64,000 nucleotides of DNA from Octopus sinensis (lineage: Eukaryota): positions 22,072,001 to 22,136,000 of the forward strand of contig NC_042999.1 of assembly GCF_006345805.1 (NCBI RefSeq). Reading direction: 5' to 3'. Below, piece after piece: positions 13,084 through 26,150 of this stretch (the stretch's first letter is position 1; each line of letters starts with the position of its first letter). The notes under the pieces were generated by a model. That model worked only from the letters and a program-made list of their open reading frames with translations, was not told the origin of the DNA and did not search any database. The translations under genes were made by a program, and so were the position numbers.

Positions 13084-13649
13084 TTGGGTTGTCTGGAAAG
13101 TTCGTGCCGATTTATAGTAGCTTACATTTCGACTTATTTTAGAACATGGTTGAGTCCATAAAATAGGATTTGACTACACCTCCATTTAGAGCACAGTTTA
13201 AGCTATCTTTTCGTGGAAGAAGGTTTATGTTCCTATAACCTGTGTTAATTATGTAACCCTTTAAAATGGAAGATAAGAAAGTTCATTTTCGGAACTTGAT
13301 GCTTTGGGAACTAGACAAAAATTGCTGCAGCTCGGCTAGAATGTGTTACTCCCACCCTCCATATTCACCAGATATTGCTCCTTCGGATTTCCACTTATTC
13401 AGGTTTCTGCAGAATAGTCTTGATGGTAAAAATTTCAATTCCTTGAATAACGTAAAAAGATACCTTGATGGATTCTTTGCCACGCCCCCCCCCCATTTTG
13501 AGAAGGGGTTATTTTCAAGTTAAAGCAGAAATGGAGACGCTTTGTGCAACAAAGTGGTTCATATTTGGTTGTTTAAAGATGTAATGGCCAGTATTTACTG
13601 ACTTTTTTCTTTCCTTCAAAAATCGGCACGAACTTTCCAGACAACCCAT
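13084..13649 (+). mobile_element. Internally deleted mariner element (about 570 bp) with intact TIRs
   Basis: TIR ttgggttgtctggaaagttcgtgccgattt and its near-perfect inverse at 13621-13649, TA flanks; ORF fuses the N-terminus (MEDKKVHFRNLMLWE) to HPPYSPDIAPSDFHLF. Confidence 0.93.
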
Positions 13650-14328
13650 AAACAAAGAAGTGAAGCAACAAAGAGTCTTATTCTTGTTTCTACATGACAA
13701 TTAAGAAGAAGTTACAAGAAATGGAATAAAATTCCAATGGAGCATCAAGACAGCAGCAAGCGGTTGGGGTTGATTGCTTAGAATATTCATCGTAAGAACA
13801 ATGGTGAAGAGGTTAACATGGCTGCTATATATCAAGATCTTATAGCTGCTAACACTCATTTTGAATAAGGTTCATCTGTAGGAAACTATAATGAATCAGA
13901 TGAAACTGATTTGACAGTACTACAACAAAATGAAGACATCATTTATATTGATCATGCCACGTAGCCAAGGATGGTTATAAATGATTCAGCAGTTTTATAA
14001 TCAATCATAAGCCAGGGAGTGTAAGGAATTTTGATTTTCCAAAGAATAAAATGATGTTTCACTTTAACACCTATTCAAGACAGATTGTTATATAACACGA
14101 AAGCTAAATAGTTTCTCCACTGCGAGAGATAGATCATATAAAATAGGAACAGCTAATCTTCGTATTAAAATGGTTAACACCCATAATGCTCTGTAGCATT
14201 GTATTTACACACTTAAGCCACAAAAGACAGGTGAGATTATCGAAAATATTAAGAGAGATTTATAGTACGCTGTAGATAAGACACAAAATGAGGTACAGGT
14301 GGTGTTTATTTTATATATAATTGCTAAC

Positions 14329-14636
14329 AGTGAAGGCGCGTGGCTTAGTGGTTAGGGTATTCGGCTGACGATCGTAAGGTCGCGAGTTCAATTTCCGGCG
14401 ACGCGTTGTGTCTTTGAGCAAAACAATTTATTTCACGTTGCTCCAGTTCACTCAGCTGGCAAAAATGAGTAGTACCTGTATTTCAAAGGACCGGCTTTGT
14501 CACACTCTGTTTCACGCTGAATCTCCCCCGAGAACTGTCTGTGGAGTGCTCAGCCACCTGCACGTTAATTTCACAACCAAACTGCTCCGTTGGTCGTGTC
14601 AGCTGGGACTCTCGTCGTCGTAACCGACGGAATGCT
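14329..14636 (+). mobile_element. tRNA-derived SINE family C
   Basis: agtgaaggcgcgtggcttagtggttagg A box, gagttcaatt B box, tail ctcgtcgtcgtaaccgacgg shared with the 58.8 kb copy. Confidence 0.85.
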
Positions 14637-15258
14637 GCTTCTTCATACATATATATGCGTGTGTCTCTGTGTGTGTGTGTGTGTATGTGTGTGTGTATGT
14701 GTGTGCGTGTGTGTGTGTGTACATACACATATATAATATATGTTTCAGTCATTTAACTGCGTCCTTCATTTTGGGACACCGTCTCGAAAGGTTTTTTGCC
14801 GAACAAATGAACCCCACAACTAATGATATCTTAAATTTTAATATTTATTCTATCGTCACATTTGGCAACACGCTAAGCTACGGTAGCACAAGCAAACCAA
14901 GACCGGTAATGAAGCATTCATCGTGGGTGGGTAGACATAATAGCTATACGTGGGTAGACAACATTGCCCATACGTGAGAAAGCGTCTAACTTTTCATACA
15001 CGAATAATAGAGTTACAGGGAAGGAAATATAAAATATTTCAAAATAAATTCATAAATATAAATGGGAATGAACGAATAATTCTAATAAACAACGTGACCA
15101 GCTTTTCTGTCGATTTTTGGGCTTGTGTCTATTATATCTATTATTCAATTTTACAGGTTACTGAGTTTCACAGAGAAGTTAATTTCACAATTTCCTTTTC
15201 TTTTGAAATACAAATATATATTTACATATATATATGTATATATAAACATGCTTATATA

Positions 15259-15335
<77 letters not shown>

Positions 15336-15422
15336 ATATTATATATATATATATATATGCATACATATATATATATATACATATATATATGTGTGTGTGT
15401 GTGTGTGTTTGTTTGTGTGTGT

Positions 15423-15460
<38 letters not shown>

Positions 15461-15674
15461 TGTGTAGGCGTAGGTGTGGCTGTGGGGTAAGTATCAAATG
15501 ACTGAAACAAGTATACGAATAAAAGAAAAAATTACATATACACACACTCGCACACATATTTATATCTATATAATTAAATGGAGCCGCTTGAACCGGTCGT
15601 ACTGCATCACTTTTTGATATCCTGTTGCTTATTTATAAATGTATGTATATATATATAAATGTATGTATGTATAC

Positions 15675-15727
15675 ATGCCCCAGCATGGCCACAGCTCATG
15701 AGCTGAAACTAAAAAATCAATCAATCA
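15675..15727 (+). mobile_element. Extremely 5'-truncated 3' end of the CR1-group LINE
   Basis: ccagcatggccacagctcatgagctgaaactaaaaaa(tcaa)n matches the LINE UTR at 48606-48654. Confidence 0.7.
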
Positions 15728-15769
15728 TATTAAAATTATAATTTAGGGTGTCTAAGAAATTCCTTTATA

Positions 15770-15868
15770 AGCCTAATACTTATTCTATCGGTCTCGCTTG
15801 CCGAACTGCTAAGTTACGGGGACGTAAACACACCAGCATCGGTTGTCAACCGATGTTGGGGGGAACAA

Positions 15869-15906
<38 letters not shown>

Positions 15907-16078
15907 ATATATACGACAGGCTTCTTTCAGTTTCCGTCTACCACATCCACTCACAAGGCTTTGGTCGGCCCGAGGCTATAATAGAAGGGACTTGCCCAAG
16001 GTGCTACGCAGTGGGACTGAACCCGGAACCATGTGGTTGGTAAACAAACGACTTACCACGACGCAGCCATTCCTACGC
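15770..16078 (-). mobile_element. SINE family B, tail-truncated
   Basis: Same head and body motifs as 9421-9839. Confidence 0.88.
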
Positions 16079-16089
16079 TTGCAATTTTA

Positions 16090-16570
16090 GCCAACCTTAC
16101 CCTCAATTTTAACCAGCTTTCAGACATTTACTGCTAATCTTCACTGTTTCCGTCGTGCAACGTGGGTCGTTTTGCTTTCCTGGTGGTCTTCTGACATATT
16201 CTTGATTATTGGAGAACTTCGTGTAGCTAAGGGATGCCACACAAAACATTAAGTGTTCAGTAACTTCTTGAAATAGACATGATCTAATAAATTTTCATTA
16301 TGGACATTTTCGGTTTTGGAACTTAGTATCTTAATTGGTTTATGTGAGGTGGCCGAAAACTTATGCATGGCCGTTTTTAGTGGTCGTCTTGCATCTTCCC
16401 TTCTAATTCAGAACCCCTACTGCAAAATATAACGATTGGGAATGGACATAACTCCAACAGGGCCAACGTTTCATCTGTAGAAAACGCAATTCGAAACATC
16501 CACTTATAGGTTAGCAATTAGTGGAAATTTACAATTGTTTAACGTTGCCGGAGACTTTTGCACGGTATTT
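16090..16570 (-). mobile_element. Decayed Tc1-like transposon fragment
   Basis: TIR-like ccggagacttttgcacggta near 16548-16567; minus-strand remnant VRRPPGKQNDPRCTTETVK resembles the Tc1 RR..GE...P.C...TVKH motif. Confidence 0.5.
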
Positions 16571-16607
<37 letters not shown>

Positions 16608-16679
16608 GTGTGTGTGTGTGCTTGTGTGATTGTGTGTATATATACATGTATACATATATATATATATATATAAATTATT

Positions 16680-16717
16680 ATTACTAATACTACTACTACT
16701 ACTAATAATAATAATAA

Positions 16718-16765
<48 letters not shown>
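16680..16765. repeat. (TAC/TAA/TAG)n microsatellite
   Basis: Directly visible. Confidence 0.95.
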
Positions 16766-16768
<3 letters not shown>

Positions 16769-16957
16769 CTAATCAAAGTGTGAACCGTATAGGCAAGTGT
16801 AAAGATTATGGTACTGGAAGAGTACCAGCTTTGCTAGAGATAAAAGTTAAATGACATATATATATGTATGTATCTATGTATCTATGTATGTATATATGCA
16901 AATATACATATAAACACACACATATATATGCGTGCGTGTGTGTATGTATGTATATAT

Positions 16958-17011
<54 letters not shown>

Positions 17012-17091
17012 ATATATATTCATTTATATATATGTATGCATATACACACACACCCTCATATATATATGCATATATATATACATACATATAT

Positions 17092-17173
<82 letters not shown>

Positions 17174-18011
17174 TACATATATGTATATATACATACATAT
17201 ATACGTATATGTACATGTACGTGAGTATGTGTGTTTGTGTGTATGTGTGTATGTACCATATACAGACATACAGAGATGGAAAGAGAGACACAAGTAAAGA
17301 AAGAAGTAAATAACTCAGAGATGTCATCTGCATGGAAAAACAACAGTCAGGTTAGTGCCATCGTACTTAATTTAGTGAGAATAAGAAGAAAACTAATGAG
17401 AAATAATTCTCCGCTGAAGAAGATTAAAATCACTAATCGATAAACACTATTATTCCAACCATTTCGATAAGTACGTTAGACATCTCTGAACATGGTTCTG
17501 CCTTTCAGACCGCTTCAACGATCACGGACTTCGCTGCAGTTACCGAAATAGTAATGAATGAATGCTTAAGCAAATTGTGCCAAATTTTTAATACTTGTTT
17601 CCATAGAAAATTGGAATATATTTAAAGAAGGGATTAGAAAAATTACTGTGATATATCATCCGCATAATAAAATGATCGATAGTTACAGAGGGGTTTATGC
17701 TTCGTTGCAGAGATTTAATAAACTGAAGTATGTTTGACGTTGTCTCCGAACAAATAACTATCGCAATAATGTTTGTGACATAATGTTGTGGATTAGAATC
17801 GTATTAATGAGTCACCATTACATTTATGTCAATGACCGTAACACTATCTTTGACTGATCCTTCTCCTCCACAATTGTCTGAAGTTAATGCTCGAGAAAAA
17901 AATTATTATTCTCCCATTAAATAGGTCACTAATAGATCGTCTTGCTCGACATAGCAATCAAACAAAAACAGGTCAAACTTTTACAATGCTACTGTTGAAT
18001 GTGTCGATATA

Positions 18012-19213
18012 CGAGGGTCGGCTGAGAAGTTCATAGGCTGACCAAGATACTCTCATGGAATGTGATCAAATGAGATTTATTTTTCAACATGATCGCCTTT
18101 GTGGTCCACACACTTCTTCCATCGGTGTTGCAGGGTTTGGTTCCCATTGGTGAAGAAGCTTTCATTCTGTTGGTCAAAAAAATAAATCATTAAAAGCGTA
18201 TATGACGCCATGATCACTGCGATACTGGTTCCAAGTCAAGAGTTTTTTTATGCTGCGGAACATATTATAGCAAGAAGGATTCAATTCAGGAGAAATGCAA
18301 GGATCATCGAGCAGTTCAAAGCCACAATCACGCACCGTGGCCCTTAACGTCACGGGCTTGTGTAGTGGAGCATTGCTCTGAGGAAACAAACCTCCTCCAT
18401 CAGTTTCCTGGGTATTTTGGTAATTACCTCGGCGAATTGGCATAATACTCCCCATTGGTGGTGTAGCCCTTTTGAAGGTAGTCAATAAACACAATACCTT
18501 TTGCATCCCAAAAGACTGAGGCCATCACCTTCCCTGCAGATGAAACGACCCTGGCCTTCTTTCGAGCAGGTGAGGAGGGATGTTCCCACTGCATAAACTG
18601 TCGCTTTGTCTCTAGTTCAAAGTGACGAACTCCGCACATATTTTGACTTAGGAAACGTTCAGAGAAACCAGCTGAATCTGCTTCAAACAATGTCAGATTT
18701 TCCCAAGATGCGATTAGCCGGGCGAACTTTTTCTCATGTATCATAAGACGTGGTACCCACCGAGCAGAAGTCTTCATCATGCGAAGTCCATTGTACAAAA
18801 TATTCTCAACTCTCTCACGAGATATGCTAATAACATTGGCTATTTGATTTTATAGCCAATCGCTTGTCATCCATCAGCCTGTGATGAACATGATCAATGC
18901 ATTCCTCAACGGTGGAGGTTTGCACTTTGCAATGTCGAAAAATCTGGATCGTCAGCTTCTAACCTAGCAACCATAACAGCTTCAATGTACTTTGTCTGCA
19001 GGTACTTGATGACAACACAGTGCCAAATGGTTGTCCATTTTCAAGAGATGTTACTAGTTACCTGTAAAGTTTTCTTTGAACAGTCAGATGTCAGTTTACC
19101 TGGTACAAAACAATGCAGTTATTAATAAGCAAATATGAAATTAATGCAATCAAGATTTCTGTTTTCTAGTATCACTCCTTCATAATCAACCTATGAACGT
19201 TTCAACTCACCCT
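18012..19213 (-). pseudogene. Near full-length defective mariner element (about 1.2 kb) with frameshifted transposase
   Basis: TIR cgagggtcggctgagaagttcataggctga and degenerate inverse at 19186-19213; WVPRL, ETKRQ..QW, SAGKVMASVFWDAKG and SPELNPSCY (YSPDLAPSDY-like) across two frames. Confidence 0.93.
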
Positions 19214-19449
19214 AAATCCGCACACCATAATACAATAAAATATAGAACAAAATCGTATATTTCATTAGCCGTGGTATCTACTTAGTGCTACACGAAACCT
19301 ATCACTTTGTAGTACCTTCTTATATATATTGATTATATCATCTTGCAGTACCTACTTAAAGTCAGTATGCATTAGTTATATAGTTCTCGGTTGAGTTTTC
19401 CATTCTACTTAATCTACTTTAAATTATGACTCGTATGTCAATGTGGTAT

Positions 19450-20050
19450 CTCTGTAATCCTAGATAGATCGTCCCAGCAATTATAACACACGTTATTCAA
19501 TGACCCAGCGTAGCAATGTTTCTCAGAGTTTAGGGATGATTACTCCCTCACACTTCTCTTGGTACGCTTTGTTCATTATCAGCTTTGAACAGCCATATAC
19601 GCAATGTTGTATCAACTTAGTTGTTAGTGAACCGTTCAACTATTTAGATAGCGGCAGTGACAGATGTGTTTAATCAGAAGATTAACTGCTGTTCGATAAA
19701 AGTCAGAAATTTGCAATTCTATTGAATTGCCTAATCCCACAGATGCCGGTTGGAATTTGAAGTGATTTGAATCGGCAGGTTACAGAAGAGATTTGGAGTG
19801 GCAGGTTATAGAATAGAGTGGTTGGATGTTGTTGGGACGGATGCCCACAAATGCGCGACAAAATTGTCAGTCAACTCCTCATTAATTTCCTTTAAATATT
19901 CCATACTACACTGTTCAATGCTAGAAATAAATGTAAACTTTGGGGAGAAGCAGGAAAGACGGCCATGATTTGGAAGGATTACCTCAATCCGTAGTAACAT
20001 TCTGAACAAAATAACACCACCCTACTCAGATCTAGTCCGATGCACCCCAT
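19450..20050 (-). mobile_element. Possible highly decayed LINE endonuclease-region remnant
   Basis: DNFVAHLWASVPTT resembles the APE GDFNAHH.LW.S..T motif; many stops. Confidence 0.3.
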
Positions 20051-20984
20051 ACATTGATTCCCTTAATGCATGCACATTTCTACCTATAAATTTACACAAC
20101 TCCAACCAGCCATCATATACACTCCCACACATATGCCATCATCCCAAAACATTTATTCTTCACTATTATTTACATTCAAACACCCACAACAACGAACAAG
20201 TGCTCACACTCCACTCTCTATCCGTCCAACCACTCACATATATACATAAATACATAAATATTTTTCACACGTAATTCGCAACATTCTTTCGCACCTGTGT
20301 CACGCCTATTTCCCTCTTTGATGCTAAAATAAAACCTCCTTCATGACACTCACTTCCTGTCTGCTCATGTAACACGATTTATCACAGACCCAACAAGTAT
20401 ATTAAGTTCCCGTTACATCCTTCTTTTCTTCTTTCTCGCATACAAATGAACAACTGTTTCAACTACCATTTCCCTTTCCGTTCATTTACATTGACTTTGT
20501 ATTCTCGTTAGCTGTGTATTTTATATTTATCCCCTTTTTTCTTCGCTTGTATCTTCCCAAGATATTTTCTTAATAACGCCAAGATTACTCGGATTTCCTC
20601 CGAATATATTGTCTCATAATTTCCTTGGATACATTGTTTTATTTAATCAGTGAAATACTGTGTCGACTATTCGGGTAAAGAATCGATCAGAGCACATATA
20701 TGAACATCCATTTCATCAGTGTTGTGTCCCAATTTTAGAAATCTATATTTATCCTTTTGTTTCCAGGTTCGTGGAACCAAAAAGGAAATATTCTCTGCGA
20801 CGTCTTGAATTTCAATTTAATTTAACTTAGATGCAATTTGATCAAACATTTTACTGTCGATTCCAGAGGTTGGTCAATGACTTCTAAATGGTATTTGGAA
20901 GATACACGTATATCCATTATAAACAATTTAGGTAGAATTTAATTAAAATAGCCTTCTATATATAATGCTAGATGTATACATGTC

Positions 20985-21290
20985 GAGGAACATGGACTAG
21001 TGGTTAGAGCAGCGGACTCGCGGTCGAGAGATCGCGGGTTCGAATCTCAGACCGGGTGATGTGAGTGTTTATGAGTGAAACACCTTAGCTTCACGCGGCT
21101 CCGGCAGAAGGTAATGGCGAACTTCTGCTGAATCTTTCGCCACAACTTTCTCCCACTCTTTCCTCCTGCATCTTGTAGCTCACCTGCGATGGACCGGCGT
21201 CCTGTCCAGGTGGGGAACCTATACGCCAAGGAAACCGGGAAACCGGCCCTTATGAGCCAGGCATGACTCAAGAAAGAACAAACAACAATG
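20985..21290 (+). mobile_element. tRNA-derived SINE family D variant
   Basis: tggactagtggttagagcagcggactcgcggtcg...gggttcgaatc head shared with the 27870 copy. Confidence 0.8.
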
Positions 21291-21949
21291 TATACATACT
21301 GTTGTCCTGAGAGAACATTTCTCATGGATGTGTTGTGTTATAAAGACAACAAATAACAGAGAGATAGAGAGAAGGAATGAGAGAGAGAGAAAGAGGAAAA
21401 TTCACAAATCACTTCAGCGGTGTCTCATATTCGACGGAAATACAGTGAAAGCGCCTTGGGTGTCTGACTATTAACGTTATTCTTTGTAAGTCGCAAGATA
21501 AAATGCATAACATATGTGTTTAGCCACTTGAAATATGTTGGAGTATGACTTGATATATATACAAGAACAAAAGTAATGATGGAACATTTATCTAAAAAAA
21601 ACTTTAAATCTTTTATTTCTAGTAAGTATTATATCTAATGAAAATGTGAGGAAAATGTATGATATATGGCTTGGTCTTTTGCTTCAAGGCTATGAGTTAA
21701 AATGACTTCCTGTTGTTGATTGAAAACAAGGTTAAATATTGTATTCAACGAGATTTCGTTTTTCTTCAGAAATCTGCTGTCTTGTGTGTGGGGGCGAAAT
21801 GAGGACAATTGTGTTGTACGCTGCCTGTGTGTGGGATTAGATTAGTCAGTGTGCTTTTGGTTCGCAGCGGTTGATTTGTAATGCTTGTTTGGATGGCTTC
21901 TTTTATCCATAAATTTCATATATTTCTCTCAGTTTTTATATTATAGATC

Positions 21950-22250
21950 CTTAGCTCCATAACTAGTCTCATGACAAAGCGACTAGAAGATTTCATCGTA
22001 TTGGCAGGTGTGAAAATTTGTGTGAAAGATTATATTAGCTAATTCAAATATTTCATATTAAGCTTTGAAGCTTTTGTTTGGAATGGGAGAAGAAATATGC
22101 ATCTTAAGCGTTTTCTGAAGGAGTTTTAGACATTAATGCTATCGTGGAGGAGTGATTTTTGATATTCTTGGGACATCATGAGAGATGGTCAAACAGCTTC
22201 TTGTTAGTTAACAAGATTCTGGGTTGCATTTACAGCGTGATAACTTTTTT
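21950..22250 (-). mobile_element. Possible decayed Penelope-like RT C-terminal remnant
   Basis: Weak motif-level resemblance only (PKNIKNHSSTI like S.HP..IIK.IP..I); frameshifted. Confidence 0.25.
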
Positions 22251-24052
22251 TAAACATCATTGGATGTCAAATGTTTCGTCTAACCGCTTGCGAAACTAAT
22301 CGCTGGTGCAATTCCACTCCAGGGATGCAGTAGAATCGCGCCAGTGACCAAATAGTAAGTGTTTAAGTGAAGGTAACACTAAAATCGTTTTCAATAGCTA
22401 TAACTGTTTTAGTTTCAAGACACCGTCGCAAAAAAAAAAAAAAAGTCATTTGCCTGGCAGATACACCTCCGATACTGTTATGCAAATTTGGTGAAAATGT
22501 GTCACATTTCATTCATTACATATATTTCATTACAGTTAATGTGATTTTTACCTGCTTTTAACTTACAGTAATAATTTCTTAGACGGATAATAAGTAAGTG
22601 GAAAATTAATGTCTCTAAAAGTTCATGGTCTTCAGAATTGCGTTAGAATGTACTGGAAATGAAATACATATGGCTGACGATCGAAATACGTTATACATTC
22701 GTAGGAAATATTATTGATATATCGACGTTCCTTACCTCTTATTTGAAAGATATAGGCTGCACAGCATTCGGTGTTGAATGAATGATGTCCAAAAGACCCA
22801 AAGACAACAAATCAAATTAATTCTTAATACCTACAAACATATAGGTAAAACATTCTTCACGTTGTATGATATATTCGGTCTACAGTTTATTTTAACATGT
22901 CCGACATAGCAAATGTACTTGCAAATTATGAATATAATATAGTCTTCTTTGATTGATAATAGTTCCACTTTCTCAAATAGTAGTTATTGAAGTTTTCCTT
23001 TAGATTCTTCTTCTATGGACTTCAAGATAAAGGATTGAGAATCAAATTACATTGATAAATATATTTACTTAAAACACATTCTTGTCTTCCGCACATTATC
23101 ATATTGTACTATATTATCAAACACACCGGCATTATAGATTTTTCTATAGAATTTATTTATTATCAGTATTCAATAATATTTTCTTATGACTTCCCAAACA
23201 AATTTTCTGATTCTTTTGAAAATTATGTTAATACTACAGGACAGCATTATAAAAGGCCTTTGTGTTTGTAAAAATTATTTCTGAAACAAAATTTAAACTT
23301 TTCACCTTTATATTTGTTTGGAATACTTTTCTTTTTACAATCGTGAAACGAAACATTTTCTTAACAGCAAATATAATGATGACATTTAGAAATATTAATA
23401 TTATAAATAAAGATTCGATCCTCCATTTCGTTTCCTTACGGCGTTAATGTAACTGACTTGCGTTAAAAGTCTTTCTTTTTATCCTCATTCTTAAATCGTT
23501 TATTGGATTAGATTCGTGCTGTTAATAGAAATACTTGCTTAAAAATATTGAAGTCTACATATGAATAACATTATTTTTACATAATTTCCTTACTATATAC
23601 ATAATATTGCCACGGCGGAATCCTTAACGATAGTTTGTAAGGAAATCTAACACATTATGTTTAATACAAAAGAAGACTTGAAAATGCAATATACCTTTAT
23701 TTAAGCGTAAAGTATTAATCAAGTGATTACAGAAAAAAATTCTTCAAAGCCCAAAATATAATTGTTCTTCGACATGACTGAAACTTTAATAAGTGAAAAT
23801 GGAATCAATACAAAAACTCGGCATATTTCTATATTCCTGGAAGATGATAGGAAAATATAATGAAAGAGGTTTTCGCGTGTATTTTTTATAGAGAAAATTT
23901 AGATGGAATATATTCGGCAATATATATATATTTAGTGTATTTTTTTAAATGTTAAAATTGTTTTCTCTTCGATATTTACTCGTAATGATGTATCCATACA
24001 TATATAGATACACGCACACACATATATATATACAATGATACATATATATATA

Positions 24053-24111
<59 letters not shown>

Positions 24112-24445
24112 GTATGTGTACATACACATACATATACATACGTATACACACTCACCTACTTTATATACATGGATACGCAGATATACGTATATATATACAT
24201 CTACATTTGTATAATATATATATATACATATATATTTATACATATATTTGTATGCATTTAAATATAGATATATACATACATGCATACATAGACATATATG
24301 TATATATTTATACATATGAGTATATACACATATGTAGTTAGATACATATTTTGTATGTAGGCACACATAATCCTTAATACATATAAATATCTATATACAT
24401 TTATATAAGCATGTACATATACCTATATATATATATATATATACC

Positions 24446-24511
<66 letters not shown>

Positions 24512-25502
24512 ACATATATATATATATAATACATGTATGTATGTATGTACGCAACTGCCATTACATATGATTGATTTTATTTCAGATTTATGATGTAACA
24601 ACTTCAACCGCTCGTATTAAAATCGAGCTAGCACTAATTTCTTCTCCGTACTCAATATTTTCTTTGAATTTGTTTAATGTATAACTAACATCAGCGTGAA
24701 ATTACCGGTATGATATACCGCAAAACATCAATAACCTTTCATAATATATAATGGGTTCCCTTCTCGTGTTTATTGGTCACGTGATATATCAAGTCTGCGC
24801 TTTCCATTTGGTCACATGATTAGAATTTCTGCTTTCTATTTCAATTTTTTCTTCCCTATATTCTTCTCTCTCGCACGCCTGCGCTCTCTCTCTCTCTCTC
24901 TCTCTCTGCTTCTCTCTCCTTCTCTCTTTCTGCTTCTTTGTATCCTTCTCTATCTACCTCTCTTTCTTTTCAACAGACGTATCTATGTTTCTCTGCTCCA
25001 GATATTTCTCTTTTCGTATCCTCCCTTCGTTGTTCTTGTTATGTTTTTTCAACCCAATCTCATAAACATATTTACTCATATACACATATCTCACAGGTAT
25101 AGGTGCAGGCATGCCTTTGTGGTTCAGAAACTTACATTGAAACCATGTAATTTCTGGTTCAATCCCACTGAGCGACTCGGACAAACCAATGCCTTCTGCG
25201 AGAATTTGATAGACGGAAACTGTGGAAGTTTCCCTTCCCTCTTTCTCTCTCTTTCTCTCTCACACACACATACACTTATATCATATGATTCTTTGTTTCT
25301 TCTCATTTTGAAACGTAGGAATGAGTTACACTCTCTTGTTCAATAGCTGCAAGTATCTAAGAAATATCTGTTTAACTTATATATTTGTTAATTTATTTTT
25401 CCAATATCTATCGCAAAGAACATGTTTTCTCGTTATTTCTACTGCAAGACTATAATATCTCTACACCAGTTTTGCAAATGAATAAATCTTATGATCTGTC
25501 AG

Positions 25503-26150
25503 CCGTCAAATATAAGACACCTAACGACAAAGTCAAATATATGACACCTAATGACACCGTCAAATATATGACACCTAACGACACCGTCAAATATATGACA
25601 CCTAACGACACCATCAAATATATGACACCTAACGACACCGTCAAATATAAGACATCTAACGACACCGTCAAATATATGACACCTAACGACACCGTCAAAT
25701 ATATGACACCTAACGACACCGTCAAATATATGACACCTAACGACACCGTCAAATATATGGCACCTAACGACACCGTCAAATATATGACACCTAACGACAC
25801 CGTCAAATATATGACACCTAACGACACCGTCAAATATATGACACCTAACGACACCGTCAAATATAAGACACCTAACGACACCGTCAAATATATGACACCT
25901 AACGACACCGTCAAATATATGACACCTAACGACACCGTCAAATATATGACACCTAACGACACCGTCAAATATATGACATCTAACGACACCGTCAAATATA
26001 TGACACCTAACGACACCGTCAAATATATGACACCTAACGACACCGTCAAATATATGACACCTAATGACACCGTCAAATATATGACACCTAACGACACCGT
26101 CAAATATATGACACCTAACGACACCGTCAAATATATGACACCTAACGACA
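25503..26150 (+). repeat. Minisatellite of exactly 24 x 27 bp (ccgtcaaatatatgacacctaacgaca)
   Basis: 648 bp = 24 units, no indels; few substitutions, in units 1, 2, 5, 6, 10, 14, 18 and 21. Confidence 0.98.
25503..26150 (+). CDS. Candidate symmetric phase-1 exon encoding (TVKYMTPND)x24
   Basis: AG at 25501-25502 (alternative in-phase AG at 25468-25469 with a better pyrimidine tract) and GTAAGT at 26151-26156 bracket the array exactly; frame open. Confidence 0.35.

Noticed and set aside
14329-14410. tRNA gene-like sequences (also at 20985, 27870, 30858 and 40611)
   Set aside because: SINE heads: they have A/B boxes but no complete cloverleaf, and are fused to repeat bodies
17411-17455. CTGAAGA-a-gatt...aatc-gataaac hammerhead-like string
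   Set aside because: GAAA is interrupted; no stem I or III
25503-26150. CRISPR-like array
   Set aside because: Contiguous tandem units without spacers; eukaryotic context
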